A DNA stretch of 64,000 bases from a bacterium (GTDB lineage: Bacteria; UBA8248): assembly GCA_963692865.2 (NCBI GenBank), contig OY843592.1, positions 1,773,690 through 1,837,689 of the forward strand, read 5' to 3'. The notes under the pieces are model-generated. The model searched no databases. It was not told the origin of the DNA and saw only the letters and a list, made by a program, of their open reading frames with translations. The first letter of the stretch is position 1, and every line of letters begins with the position of its first letter. Made by a program: the position numbers and the translations under genes. Positions 18,875-29,311 of the stretch are shown here, piece after piece.

Positions 18875-19044
18875 GCGGGAATTCTCCCTGGGGCGATGAT
18901 TTCTCATGGCGGGCGGGTGTCGCAAGTCTCGCTGGCATTGTATCAGGGTTCGCGGAAAAATTCTTCCCGGCGGGGTTTGGGCATGAAAACGGGCGGCCGC
19001 AGGGGGCCACCCCTACGAAACTCCGAGCTCGAAACGAAGCGTAA

Positions 19045-19064
19045 GGACAGGTCTCGACCTGTCC
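19045..19064. repeat. solo REP hairpin GGACAGGTCTCGACCTGTCC(CTACA)
   Basis: Member of the GGACA..TGTCCCTACA hairpin family. It lies just 3' of the chorismate mutase gene and may act as a terminator. Confidence 0.6.
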
Positions 19065-19095
19065 CTACAAAACCAACCCCACCCGCCCCTGGAAA

Positions 19096-19371
19096 TCACT
19101 CCTCTTCGAGGCGGACGGCGGTGTCGATGAGGATGCGGTAAATCTGCTCGAGCGTCTCGGGCGGGCACGGGCCCTCGTTGCCGCCCAGCACTCTGGCGAA
19201 GACTTCGCTCTCGCGTTCTTCGTCCTTGACGGCGATGCCCCGCGCGCTCTTGTACTCGCCGACTTCGAGGCAGATTTTGAGCCGCTCGTTGACGAGGCGG
19301 ATTATCTGCGCGTCGCACGCATCTATCCGCTCCCTGAACCCGGACAATCCATCCGCCATGCCGCGCTCCAT
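19096..19371 (-). CDS. chorismate mutase (AroQ class)
   Basis: 91 aa. ..FRERIDACDAQIIRLVNERLKICLEVGEYK.. matches the AroQ helix-1 pattern. Confidence 0.8.
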   Translation of the reverse strand: MERGMADGLSGFRERIDACDAQIIRLVNERLKICLEVGEYKSARGIAVKDEERESEVFARVLGGNEGPCPPETLEQIYRILIDTAVRLEEE

Positions 19372-19614
19372 TTCAAGGACGTGTTGAGAGCAGGAACGGC
19401 ATTATACCACGATTCGCGGCGGTTTCATTCCCTCCGGCCCCAATTCCGCGAAAACGCTTTTCGCGGGCGTCTGACTCGATGCGCAAAGCAACCGGGCGCC
19501 ATGCGTTTTTCGTTGCCGCCGACTGCGTGGATTTGGTATGTTGCTCTCGTGCGGCGCGCAAACAATTTCGCCGCTTCCAGACTCGTTCTCTTTCGGAAAA
19601 TAGGAGTCGTTCAC

Positions 19615-21459
19615 ATGCCGCATCATCTTCGTCTGATCGGCGTCGTTCTTCTCGCGCTCACCCTGGGATTCACCGGGAGCGCCTCGGCGCAGAGTTTCAG
19701 CAACTTCGTCGTGTTCGGCGACAGCCTGAGCGATTCGGGCAACGCGGCCCAGGCGTTTGGACTGCCGGCGGGCGCCAGCTTCACCACGAATCCCGATCCC
19801 GTCTGGGCGGAGATCGTCGCGGAGGCCTTCGGCGCATCGGGGAAGAATTCGCTCGCCGGCGGGCCGAACTACGCCGCCGCCGGAGCGTGCGTGAATCCGG
19901 CCACGCCTTGCGATGAGCCCGACTCGCCGACTCTGACGGAGCAGATCGGCCTGCACCTCTCCTCCGTGGGCGGGCGCCTCGACCCGAAGACGCTCTACGC
20001 CGTCTGGGGTGGCCTGAACGACATCGCCGACTCCGCGCAGAACGATACCCCCAACGCGCTGGGCCATACGCTGGCGGCCGCGGACGTGAACGTCGCGCAG
20101 ATACGACGCCTGCAGGAAGCCGGCGCCCGCCATATTCTGGTGTTCAATCTCCCCGACGTCAGCATCGCTCCATACAGCATCGGCCAGGGGCCAGTCGTCC
20201 AGGGAGCGCTGGCCGCATTCGGCGCCGAATACAACAAGAAGCTCTTCGATGGGATTCGCAAGAATGAGGGGGGCGTCATCCCCGTCAACATATATGCCGT
20301 TTTCAACGAAATCCTCGCAAACCCCGGCGCATACGGCCTCACCAGCATCACCGGAACGGCCTGCGGGGAACCGAACGCCCCGGAGGCGCTCTCCATCCAG
20401 TGCGGGCCTGCGGGTTCTCCTTTTCCCGTAACTTATGCGCCCGGGACCAACCAGACGTACCTGTTCGCGGACCGCAGCCATCCGACCGGCGGGGTCCACG
20501 CGATGCTCGCATCCCTGGTCGCCTCCACGCTGGCGGCCCCGCTCCAGGTCTCGCTCGCGGGCGAGGCGGGCGCCGAGGCGGCGGCCGCGCACCACGGCGT
20601 CATCGCGGCGGAGCGCGCTCCGGATTTCGCGCTCCCCGTCGGGAGTTGGCGCGGCTATGCGCGGGGGCAGTTCGGGGGAAGCGACCCGGGCGCTCTCGCG
20701 CGTCTCGGGGATATCGAATCCGACATGACGGTAATCACTCTCGGAGCCGGACATCGCGCCGGCCCGGACCTCTCCTGGGGCGCCGCGCTGAGCGTCGCCC
20801 GCCACGAAAACGAACTCACGGGGACAAACCTGGACAGCGACGTCGTGCTCGGCTCGCTACACGGCGCGTGGCGCAGCGGCGGTCTCCAGGTGAGCATCGC
20901 CCTGACTCTGGGCCAGACCTCGGTAGATATCGATCGTTCGATCACCGTGCAAGCCTTGACGCGAACCGAGCGAGGCTCCACCGAAGCCGCCCTGGTCGGG
21001 GGCGAATTCGAGCTGGCGTGTATATGCAACACTTCCGAGACTCTCCGGCACGGCCCTTTCTTCGGCCTCGCGCTGCTTAACCAGGACGTCAAGGGTTACC
21101 GGGAGAGCGGAAGTTCGTCTACCTCGATGAATTTCTCGGACTTCTCGCGCAATTCCTTCGTCGCGCGCGGCGGCTACCGCCTCGGCTGGCGCATCGGCGG
21201 ACTTCGCCCCTACGCGAGCATCGCCTATGAGCACGAACTCGAGGACGACCCCGTCCTCGTCTCGGCGGGTTCGAACACCATGCCCGGGCGCTTCACGCTT
21301 CCGGGCTTCACGCCTTCGGGCGGCACCGTGAGCGCCGACTTGGGCGTAAGCGCGAAACTCGGCGAGCGCGCGAGCGGCCTCGTGGGCTACGCCGGACGCT
21401 TCGGCGAGGACTCGCGCCGCAGCCACCGCCTCTCGCTCGCCTTGCGAATCGTCTTTTGA
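19615..21459 (+). CDS. autotransporter with SGNH/GDSL esterase passenger domain (EstA-like)
   Basis: ATG at 19615 follows GGAG, and the upstream part of the track ORF is non-coding. It has a signal peptide, then block I FVVFGDSLSDSGN. The C-terminal beta-barrel ends ..LSLALRIVF with a terminal Phe. Confidence 0.85.
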   Translation: MPHHLRLIGVVLLALTLGFTGSASAQSFSNFVVFGDSLSDSGNAAQAFGLPAGASFTTNPDPVWAEIVAEAFGASGKNSLAGGPNYAAAGACVNPATPCDEPDSPTLTEQIGLHLSSVGGRLDPKTLYAVWGGLNDIADSAQNDTPNALGHTLAAADVNVAQIRRLQEAGARHILVFNLPDVSIAPYSIGQGPVVQGALAAFGAEYNKKLFDGIRKNEGGVIPVNIYAVFNEILANPGAYGLTSITGTACGEPNAPEALSIQCGPAGSPFPVTYAPGTNQTYLFADRSHPTGGVHAMLASLVASTLAAPLQVSLAGEAGAEAAAAHHGVIAAERAPDFALPVGSWRGYARGQFGGSDPGALARLGDIESDMTVITLGAGHRAGPDLSWGAALSVARHENELTGTNLDSDVVLGSLHGAWRSGGLQVSIALTLGQTSVDIDRSITVQALTRTERGSTEAALVGGEFELACICNTSETLRHGPFFGLALLNQDVKGYRESGSSSTSMNFSDFSRNSFVARGGYRLGWRIGGLRPYASIAYEHELEDDPVLVSAGSNTMPGRFTLPGFTPSGGTVSADLGVSAKLGERASGLVGYAGRFGEDSRRSHRLSLALRIVF

Positions 21460-21745
21460 CCGGTTGACGCGGGAGAACATGGCGGGCGGACGCCCCGGCA
21501 GTCCCACTCACCAGTCACGGCGATTCCGGCGAGTGCTTCGGCGGGCGGCCTTTTCCCTTGAGATAGCGGAGTCCAAGCCGCCCGCGCTCCCGGGCGGGTG
21601 AAGGTCAGGCTTGACGGCTGGTCTTTCGCGAGACCGCGTTTTTGCGGGTGAGCGCCAAAAGTGTTACTAATGTGTTCCACCGGACATTTCATTCGCCGCT
21701 CGATGAGGGCGTCTTTCTTTTGGCCACGAGGCGGGGTTCGATTCG

Positions 21746-22714
21746 ATGAACGAGGCGGGAAACTTTCATTTCGGCTATCTGCTGCCCACGCGCGGCGTCG
21801 TCGTGGCGGCGGCGGGCAAGGCGCCGGACACCGACCCCATTTTTACTTTAGCGAAAAAGGCCGAAAACCTGGGTCTCGACTCCGTGTGGCTCGGCGACAG
21901 CGTGCTGGCGAAACCGCGCATGGAGAGCTTCACGACCTGGGCGGCGGTTCTCGCCTCGACCGAGCGCGTACAGGTGGGCACGGCGGTGATGCTCGCGGCG
22001 CTCAGGCATCCGGTGATGCTCGCCCAGTCGATGAGCACGCTCGACTGCATGTTTCCCGGGCGCGTCCTCCCCGGCCTGGGCGTGGGCCGCACGGACTTGA
22101 AGTTCGAGTTCGAGACCATCGGCGTTCCGATCAACGAACGCGCGCGCCGCTTCTCCGAGACCGTGGAGATACTCAAGCTCCTCTTGCGCGAACCACAAGC
22201 AAATTACGCGGGGAAGCATTTCTCCTTCGAGGGCGTGGCGCTCGAACCCCGTCCCAAAACCCCCGGCGGCCCCCCGGTCTGGATATCGAGCAACCTGGTG
22301 GATTCAGGACTCAGGCGCGTGGCGCGCTTCGCCGACGGCTGGATCACGAACTCCATCACGGCGGACCTCTACCGGCAGTGCTGGGAGAAGATTCTCTCGT
22401 ATTCCGACGAGTTTGGTCGAAAAGATGAAATACAGGAAATTCCACAGTGCCTCTACGTCACGATGAACATCAACCCCGACGGGGCGAAGGCGGAGGCGCA
22501 ATGCGGGGAATTTCTCTCCAAGTACTACCACAAGACCTTCGATGAGGTGCGCAAGCAACTCCTCGTCCTCGCCGGGGATGGTGATAGCGTGGAGGAGCAA
22601 CTAAGAGAATACGTGGCGGAGGGCGCGCGCGTTTTCGTCGTTCGCTTCGCGGGCGGTAGCCAGGAAGAGCAACTCGAGAATTTCGTCTCCGAACTCCTGC
22701 CGAGGTTCAAGTAA
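21746..22714 (+). CDS. LLM-class flavin/F420-dependent oxidoreductase
   Basis: 322 aa with a luciferase-like pattern (..LGLDSVWLGDSVLAKPR.. and ..RFADGWI..). Confidence 0.75.
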   Translation: MNEAGNFHFGYLLPTRGVVVAAAGKAPDTDPIFTLAKKAENLGLDSVWLGDSVLAKPRMESFTTWAAVLASTERVQVGTAVMLAALRHPVMLAQSMSTLDCMFPGRVLPGLGVGRTDLKFEFETIGVPINERARRFSETVEILKLLLREPQANYAGKHFSFEGVALEPRPKTPGGPPVWISSNLVDSGLRRVARFADGWITNSITADLYRQCWEKILSYSDEFGRKDEIQEIPQCLYVTMNINPDGAKAEAQCGEFLSKYYHKTFDEVRKQLLVLAGDGDSVEEQLREYVAEGARVFVVRFAGGSQEEQLENFVSELLPRFK

Positions 22715-23899
22715 ATGGTCCTGGAGAACGGAACGGGCGCTTCCAAAGAGGAAGTCAGCAAGAGGATAGCGGACGCGCGCGGCCTCATGCGCGCGGCGGA
22801 ACTCGACGTTCTCATCGTCATCGGGCGTTCTTTTTACGACCGCATGGGGAGCCTGACCTACCTCACCAACCATTTCCCGCCGTTTCCACCGGGCGCGTTC
22901 AGCGATACCGTCCGGGGGATGGGCCACGGCGTGCTCGTCCTGCCGATTGAGGAAGAGCCGCTCCTTTTCGTGGATCACAGAAACTATCGCCGCGAGATGG
23001 TGCACGTCGAGAAGGTACAGGTGGAGGCGAACATCTCCGCGGGCCTGGTGAATCAACTGAAACGCCTGGGCGCCGGGAGCGCGCGGGTAGGGGTCGCCGG
23101 AGAGGACATCATGCCGGCCACGATGTACATCGACCTGACCTCCGCGCTGCCCGAGGCGCAGTTCTCGAACGCGAACGCCCTCGTGGAGCAGCTCCGCGCG
23201 AGGAAGAGCGAGACCGAAGTCGCTTACTTGAAGCGCGCGGCGGAGATCGTCGAAGCGGGCTACGCCGCGATTTTCGATGCGATTCGCCCCGGCGTGAGCG
23301 AGAGCGATCTGTGCGCCGAGGGCCATGCGGCGGGCATGCGCGCGGGTGCGGATTTCGTGCGCTACGTCCGCGTTCACAGCGGCCCGTGGGCGAGCTGGGG
23401 TTCGCGCTGGCCGCAGGCGACGCAGAGAAAGATCGAGGCGGGCGACCTGATCCGCTTCGACTACGTGGGCGCGGTGGAGGGTTACGGCTTTGACGTGAAC
23501 CGCACCGCCGTGGTTCCGGGAAAGAAACTCGATAAGGGCGTGGAGGAGATGCTGGAGTTGACCGTCGCGACCTCGGAAGCGTCGATGGGCGCGGTTCGCG
23601 CGGGCGCCAAGGCTTCGGATGTGCACGAGGCGGCGAGCCGGTTCCTGGACGAAAACGCGAACGGGGCGGGGCAGTATCTCTTCCCGATGGCGGGGCACGG
23701 CATCGGTCTCGAAACCGTGGAGGCGCCCATCATCCGGCCGGACAACGAGATGGCGCTTGAGCGCAACATGGTGCTCTGCGTAGAGCCGCAGTTCGTGCTG
23801 CCAGAAGTCGGGGGCACGAACATCGAGCAGATGGCGCTCGTGACGGACGAGGGATGTGAACTCCTCACGACGACCACCACGCGCCCCTGGGCGGAGTGA
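22715..23899 (+). CDS. M24-family metallopeptidase (Xaa-Pro peptidase/creatinase-like)
   Basis: 394 aa. An N-terminal creatinase-type domain is followed by a pita-bread fold region (..GDLIRFDYVGAVEGYGFDVNRT..GHGIGLE..). The start abuts the upstream stop. Confidence 0.8.
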   Translation: MVLENGTGASKEEVSKRIADARGLMRAAELDVLIVIGRSFYDRMGSLTYLTNHFPPFPPGAFSDTVRGMGHGVLVLPIEEEPLLFVDHRNYRREMVHVEKVQVEANISAGLVNQLKRLGAGSARVGVAGEDIMPATMYIDLTSALPEAQFSNANALVEQLRARKSETEVAYLKRAAEIVEAGYAAIFDAIRPGVSESDLCAEGHAAGMRAGADFVRYVRVHSGPWASWGSRWPQATQRKIEAGDLIRFDYVGAVEGYGFDVNRTAVVPGKKLDKGVEEMLELTVATSEASMGAVRAGAKASDVHEAASRFLDENANGAGQYLFPMAGHGIGLETVEAPIIRPDNEMALERNMVLCVEPQFVLPEVGGTNIEQMALVTDEGCELLTTTTTRPWAE

Positions 23900-24042
23900 G
23901 TCAGGCACTCCAGGGCTGGCGGGTAAAGTCGCCTGATGAGTGAAAATCGATAATCATGCGTTCGTAATGCGCTGGTAATTTTCATGTGAGACGCTTCCTG
24001 ATGAGTCTGGCGTTTGTTCGTGAAAAACACTTCTTTAAGAGG

Positions 24043-24055
24043 ATGGAATTTCCAT
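24043..24055. promoter_or_regulatory. 13-bp palindrome ATGGAATTTCCAT overlapping the TRAP permease start codon
   Basis: Perfect palindrome. It shares the TGGAAT/ATTCCA half-site with two palindromes in the LysR divergent region (32977-32991 and 33094-33106). Confidence 0.3.
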
Positions 24056-25925
24056 GAAGCGGTTCCTGAGCCCGGTCGCGCTGTTGGCCATTGTCTGGTC
24101 GGTCATCCAGCTTTACTGGGCCTTCTTTGGGATGCTTCACGTCTTCACTTCCAGACCGCTTCACCTGAGCTTCGCGCTGGGCATCGTCTTCCTCACGAAA
24201 CCGTTTCGCAAGGAAGGCCGCGTAGGTCCCGTCGATTACGTCCTGACCGTCATCGCCATGGCCATCGCTGTGCTCTATCTGTGGGAGTGGAACTTCCTGA
24301 ACGAGCGCATCCGCGACGTGGACGAAGTGCCCACGCGCTATATCTACTTAGGGTTAGCCTACATCCTTCTGACCGTCGAAGCGTCGCGGCGTTATCTCGG
24401 CTGGGGCGTTACCTCGGTCGCCGTCGTGGCGCTGGCCTATAACTTTCTGGGCCACCTGATACCGGGCGCGCTGGGGCACCGCTTCATCCTGTTGACCGAG
24501 TTCATCGAGTTCCAGATTCTGGGCGTCGAGGGCCTGCTGGGCGTTCCGCTGGGCGTGAGCGCGGAGGTGGTGTTCTATTTCGTGCTCTTCTCGGCGGCGC
24601 TCGAGGTCTCGGGCGGCGGGCGCATGTTCATCGATCTGGCCATCCGGCTCACCGGTTCGTTCCGCGGCGGGCCGGCCAAGGCGGCGATTGTGAGCAGCAG
24701 CCTCATGGGAACCATCAGCGGGAGCGCGACGGCGAACGTCGTGGGAACCGGCATCTTCACCATCCCGCTGATGAAGCGCCTGGGCTTCGCCCCCCATTAC
24801 GCGGGCGCCGTGGAAGCGGTGGCTTCCACGGGTGGACAGCTCATGCCGCCCATCATGGGCGCGGGGGCCTTCATCCTGGCCGACATGACGGGAACGCCCT
24901 ATCTCCGGGTGGCGGGCGCGGCGGCCATACCGGCCATCATCTATTACGTCTCGCTGTTCTTCATGGTCGATCTGGAGGCGAAGAAGCTGAACCTGAAGGG
25001 CCTGAGCAAAGACGAGATGCCGGAGCTCAGGAGCATCCTCCTGGAGCGCGGCCTCCTGCTTTTTCCGATCGTCCTGCTCCTGGGCTACATGGTCGCGGGT
25101 TTCACGCTCATGTGGTCGGCGACTTCCGCGGCCATCGGCGTGGTGGTGCTCAGCTGGGTGCGCAAGCCGACGCGCATGGGGCTCGAGAAAATCATCGAAG
25201 CGCTCGAGAAGGCGGGTCGCATGACTGTCCCCGTCGCGGTTCCCTGCGCCATCGCGGGCGTCGTGGTCGGCGTGGTGGACGATACGGGCATCGGCCTCAA
25301 GTTCTCGGGCCTCATCGTCAACATCTCGGGCGGCATGATCCTGCCCGCACTGGGCCTCACGCTCATCGGCTGCGTCATCATGGGCATGGGGATGCCCACC
25401 GCCGCCGCCTACATCATGGCGGGCACCCTCCTGGGGCCTGCGCTGTTCAAGCTGGGCCTTCCCGTTCTGGCGGCGCACATGTTCATCTACTATTTCGCCA
25501 TTCTCTCCATGCTCACGCCGCCGGTGGCGCTCTCGGCCTACGTCGCCTCCGGCGTGGCCGATTCGGACCTGACCGCCACGGGCTGGAAGGCGTTCCAGCT
25601 GTCTTTGGCGGGATTTCTCATTCCCTTCGCGTTCGTATATAATCCGTCCATGCTATTCATCGGCCCGCTCGGTGAGACGATGTGGGTGTCGATCACCTGC
25701 ATCATCGGCGTGGCGGCCCTGGCGGCGGCGATCACCGGGCACATATCGCTCCCCCTGGCGGGCTGGGAGCGGGCGGTTTTCTTTATCTGCTGCCTGGGGC
25801 TGATTGTTCCGGAGAAGATGACGGACATCATCGGCTCCGTGTTGCTGGTCATTGTTTTCTGGCGGCATCTGGCGCGCGCCAAGAAAAGCGCCCTCGCCGT
25901 GGAGTCGGCGGGGCCGGTGTCTTAG
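24054..25925 (+). CDS. TRAP transporter fused permease (TAXI-type, DctQ-DctM fusion)
   Basis: 623 aa and highly hydrophobic. The layout is typical of the 4TM/12TM fusion family, and a TAXI binding protein gene follows. Confidence 0.8.
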   Translation: MKRFLSPVALLAIVWSVIQLYWAFFGMLHVFTSRPLHLSFALGIVFLTKPFRKEGRVGPVDYVLTVIAMAIAVLYLWEWNFLNERIRDVDEVPTRYIYLGLAYILLTVEASRRYLGWGVTSVAVVALAYNFLGHLIPGALGHRFILLTEFIEFQILGVEGLLGVPLGVSAEVVFYFVLFSAALEVSGGGRMFIDLAIRLTGSFRGGPAKAAIVSSSLMGTISGSATANVVGTGIFTIPLMKRLGFAPHYAGAVEAVASTGGQLMPPIMGAGAFILADMTGTPYLRVAGAAAIPAIIYYVSLFFMVDLEAKKLNLKGLSKDEMPELRSILLERGLLLFPIVLLLGYMVAGFTLMWSATSAAIGVVVLSWVRKPTRMGLEKIIEALEKAGRMTVPVAVPCAIAGVVVGVVDDTGIGLKFSGLIVNISGGMILPALGLTLIGCVIMGMGMPTAAAYIMAGTLLGPALFKLGLPVLAAHMFIYYFAILSMLTPPVALSAYVASGVADSDLTATGWKAFQLSLAGFLIPFAFVYNPSMLFIGPLGETMWVSITCIIGVAALAAAITGHISLPLAGWERAVFFICCLGLIVPEKMTDIIGSVLLVIVFWRHLARAKKSALAVESAGPVS

Positions 25926-25983
25926 CCAAGAACGCATTATAGACGGAACAATTCGTGGTATTTCCAACAGAGGAGTTTTCGAC

Positions 25984-26958
25984 ATGAAGCGCACATCCTG
26001 GAAAATGGGTTTCGTTCTCGCGGTGGCCATCGGCGCATTCGTGGCCGTCCAGGCCGAAGCGGCCCGCCTCACGATGGGAAGCTGGAAAAAAGGAAGCGGC
26101 TGGCACGTGTACTCGGCCACCATGGCGAACATCGTGAACAACGCGAAAGTGGGCGTTCAGATCGACGCCCTCTCCAAAGGCGGCGGCGTGGGCAACCCCA
26201 AGCTCGTCGGCACCGGCAAGTTCAGCATGGGGCTCACTTTCAGCGTGGCGGCGGCCTGGGCCTATCAGGGCAAGGTGGCCTACAAGAAGCCCTACAAGAA
26301 CCTGCGCGGGCTGGTAGGCGGCCTGGACCAGTACTTCCTGGGCATCGTCACCACAAACCCCAAGGTGAACGGCATTCTCGACCTCAAGAAAGTGCCCGTG
26401 AACTACGTGACGGTTCCGCGCGGCGGGCTGGGCCAGTGGGCCACGCGCGCCATGCTCGGGGCGCACGGCATCACCTATGAGGGCATCAAGAAGATGGGCG
26501 GTTCGGTGACGCATACCGGCTTCGGCGCCATCAAGAGCCGGATGAAGGACGGCCAGGCCGACATGCTGAGCCACACCGTGAACGCCGGCCATCCGGCGCT
26601 CACCTCGATCGCGGTCCAGAAGAAACTGAAGTTCCTGGGCGTAGCCGATGAGTTCCGCAACAAGCTTCTGGGCATCGGCTTCCTGAAAGCCACCATGCCG
26701 GCCAAGACGTTCCCGGGGCAGGACAAGCCCAAGAACACGTTCGGCTTCACCACCGCGGTCCTTGCCTCCACGGCGCTCAGCAACAAGGATGCGTACAACA
26801 TCGTCAAGTCGCTGCTCGACAACGTGAAGGACCTGCGGGCGGGGCATAAGGGTCTCAGGAACTTCGACCCGGCCAAGACGGGCTGCAAGGAAGCGCAGAT
26901 GGGCATTCCGTTCCATGACGGCGCGGCCCGCTACTGCAAGGAGAAGGGCTGGAACTAG
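25984..26958 (+). CDS. TAXI-family TRAP transporter solute-binding protein
   Basis: In-frame ATG at 25984 gives MKRTSWKMGFVLAVAIGAFVAVQAEA, a signal peptide. The mature part resembles the TRAP-TAXI (TIGR02122-like) family. Confidence 0.75.
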   Translation: MKRTSWKMGFVLAVAIGAFVAVQAEAARLTMGSWKKGSGWHVYSATMANIVNNAKVGVQIDALSKGGGVGNPKLVGTGKFSMGLTFSVAAAWAYQGKVAYKKPYKNLRGLVGGLDQYFLGIVTTNPKVNGILDLKKVPVNYVTVPRGGLGQWATRAMLGAHGITYEGIKKMGGSVTHTGFGAIKSRMKDGQADMLSHTVNAGHPALTSIAVQKKLKFLGVADEFRNKLLGIGFLKATMPAKTFPGQDKPKNTFGFTTAVLASTALSNKDAYNIVKSLLDNVKDLRAGHKGLRNFDPAKTGCKEAQMGIPFHDGAARYCKEKGWN

Positions 26959-27118
26959 TTGATGGCTCAAGCGGCGGGAGCTGTTCCGCCGCCTGAAAAA
27001 GCAGGAACGAGAGCCGCTATCGGTTCATAAATCGAGGTTCGACTCCCGCTGTCCGTCTGTTGATGGGCGGCGGGAGCCTTCTATTACAAAATCCGTTTGC
27101 TCCAACAGGGGGAATGCC

Positions 27119-27910
27119 ATGCCGTACCGCTTCGTCGATCTCACGCTCACCGTCGACCCGGAGGACACCTACGTTCAGTTTCCGCGCGATGAGATTTACG
27201 ACAAGCCGGCTCCGGGTACGACCATCACCCCCATCGCGACGCTGGATGTGGACCACATCTGCAACTTCGGCTTCACCACGACCACGCAGAGCTACACGCA
27301 CTACGACGCGCCCTACCACTTTTTTCACGACGGGCTGAAGAACGACGAACTACCCCTCGATCACGTCTGCGGCGACGCCTGCGTGATCAAGGTGCCGGGC
27401 AAGGGAAATTCCGAATCCGTGACGGCAGAAGACCTGGAAGCCACGGGCGTGGAGGTGCGCCCCGGCGACATCGCCATCGTCAGCACGGAGTGGACCGACC
27501 GCATGTGGGGCTCGCGCGATTTCTGGGAGCATATGGTCTATCTCTCGACCGACGCGGCCGACTGGCTCATCGAGAGAGGAATCAAAGCGCTCGTCCAGGA
27601 TTTCATGACGTGCGACTCGCCGCTCTATCCCCCCGAGGAGCGCAAGTGGCCCGCCCCGAACTGGAGTCCCAACCACATCAAGTTCCTGGAGCGCGGGATA
27701 TGCTTGATCGAGTGGTGTACGAACATGGGCGCCATCCAGAAAGAGCGCGTCCTGCTGATTACGGGCGCGGTGAAGCTCAAGGACACCGAGGGCGCGCCCG
27801 CGCGCGTCATAGCGATTGAATTCTGGGATGAGGAGCCGCCCCGCGACGGCGCTCCCCCGCTGCCGCCCCTCGAGAATCCCTATACGGATCGCGGCTCCTG
27901 GGCCAGATAA
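27119..27910 (+). CDS. cyclase-family protein (kynurenine-formamidase-like fold)
   Basis: 263 aa. ..SYTHYDAPYHFF.. resembles the H-x-G-T-H-x-D-x-P-x-H cyclase motif. The call is moderate. Confidence 0.55.
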   Translation: MPYRFVDLTLTVDPEDTYVQFPRDEIYDKPAPGTTITPIATLDVDHICNFGFTTTTQSYTHYDAPYHFFHDGLKNDELPLDHVCGDACVIKVPGKGNSESVTAEDLEATGVEVRPGDIAIVSTEWTDRMWGSRDFWEHMVYLSTDAADWLIERGIKALVQDFMTCDSPLYPPEERKWPAPNWSPNHIKFLERGICLIEWCTNMGAIQKERVLLITGAVKLKDTEGAPARVIAIEFWDEEPPRDGAPPLPPLENPYTDRGSWAR

Positions 27911-27920
27911 GGCGCGTGAG

Positions 27921-29303
27921 ATGGTCGACCAAAGCCTGCGCGGCTTCCTGGAGATGGTGGAGCGCAACCACCCCGAAGAACTCGTGCGCATCAAGGAGCC
28001 CGTCGGGAGGGAGGACATCACGCCCACGGTGTTCGAGTTCGAGCGCGTGGGCAGATACCCCGTCATCATCTTCGATCGCGTGGAGGGCTTCGAGGGTTCT
28101 GTCGTCACCAACATCGCGGGCAACCGGAAGCTCCTGGCGGCGTGTCTGGAAGTGGAGCCGGGCGATCTGCCGACGGCGTACAAGGATCGCTGCCAGAACT
28201 ACCTGCCCGTGGAGGTGGTGGACGAAGCCCCCTGGCGCGAAGTCGTCATCGAAGAAGACGATGTGGACCTGAACAAACTCCCCATCCCCTTCCATTTCCC
28301 AGTGGATGCGGCCCCCTACATCACGGCGGGCCAGATCGTGGCGCGCGACCCCGAGACGGGCGTGGACACGACAGGCTTTCACCGCTTGCAGCTCAAGGGA
28401 AAGAACAGGCTGGGCGTCTCACTGCACTCAAGGCGGCGCATGTACCATTTCCACAAAAAGGCCGAAGATGCGGGTAAGCCCCTGCCGGCAGCGGTCGTCA
28501 TCGGCATCCACCCGGTGCACTACATGGGTTCGATGGCGTATCACTACCCGCCCGGCGTGCGGAAATACGAGGTCATCGGCGCCTTGTTCGGCGAGCCGTA
28601 CCGCGTCGCAAGATGCGGGGCGGCGGACCTGGAAGCCCCAGAGGGGGCGGAGATCGTTCTGGAAGGGGAGATTCTGAACGAAGTCCGTGAGGAGGAGGGC
28701 CCCTTCAGCGAGTTCACCGGCTATGCGTCCTACCGCAGCACGCAGAACGTGTTCGTCGTAAAACGCGTGCAGATGCGCGCGGACGCCATGCTCCACAGCG
28801 TGGCCTCGGGCATGTCGGCGGACCATATTCTCATCTCATGCGTGAGCCGCGAGGCGGAGATTCTCAACACGCTCAGGCGCAACCTGCCGGGCGTCACCGC
28901 CGTGCACGTGCCCTCGAACACGGCGGGCGCGCTTCTGGCGATCGTCCAGATGAAAAAGACGGCCGAGGGCCAGCCGCAGCAGGCCATCATGGCGGCGCTG
29001 GGCACCGAGTTCTATTGCAAGTGCGTGGTCGTCGTCGATGAGGACGTGGACATCTTCAACCTCTCCGACGTCGCCTGGGCGGTCATCACGAGGACGCGCG
29101 CGGATAAGGACATCAACTTCATCCACGGGGCGATGGGCGCCATCCTGGATCCGACCTCGGACCCCGTGGATCACACCTTGACGAAGGTGGGCATCGACGC
29201 CACCAAGCCCGCGGGCCGTGATTTCGCGGAGCGGCTCTACATCACCGATGAGCAGCGCGAGCGCGTGCGCGGCATACTCGATAGCGCGGGCATCCGCCTG
29301 TAG
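27921..29303 (+). CDS. UbiD-family (prFMN-dependent) decarboxylase
   Basis: In-frame ATG at 27921 (MVDQSLRGFLEMVERNHPEELVRIKEPV..) gives a typical UbiD N-terminus and length (~460 aa). Confidence 0.8.
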   Translation: MVDQSLRGFLEMVERNHPEELVRIKEPVGREDITPTVFEFERVGRYPVIIFDRVEGFEGSVVTNIAGNRKLLAACLEVEPGDLPTAYKDRCQNYLPVEVVDEAPWREVVIEEDDVDLNKLPIPFHFPVDAAPYITAGQIVARDPETGVDTTGFHRLQLKGKNRLGVSLHSRRRMYHFHKKAEDAGKPLPAAVVIGIHPVHYMGSMAYHYPPGVRKYEVIGALFGEPYRVARCGAADLEAPEGAEIVLEGEILNEVREEEGPFSEFTGYASYRSTQNVFVVKRVQMRADAMLHSVASGMSADHILISCVSREAEILNTLRRNLPGVTAVHVPSNTAGALLAIVQMKKTAEGQPQQAIMAALGTEFYCKCVVVVDEDVDIFNLSDVAWAVITRTRADKDINFIHGAMGAILDPTSDPVDHTLTKVGIDATKPAGRDFAERLYITDEQRERVRGILDSAGIRL

Positions 29304-29311
29304 GCCTCAAA

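Noticed and set aside
23932-24030. Hammerhead-ribozyme-like CUGAUGAG cores (CCTGATGAGT at 23932-23941 and 23997-24006)
   Set aside because: No stem II closing onto a GAAA core and no stems I/III can be drawn. It is more likely a simple direct repeat of 10 nt upstream of the TRAP operon.
27036-27047. tRNA T-arm-like GGTTCGACTCCC (possible tRNA or att remnant)
   Set aside because: The flanking bases do not form a T-stem, an acceptor stem or a CCA end, and no integrase is nearby. It is most likely a chance match.
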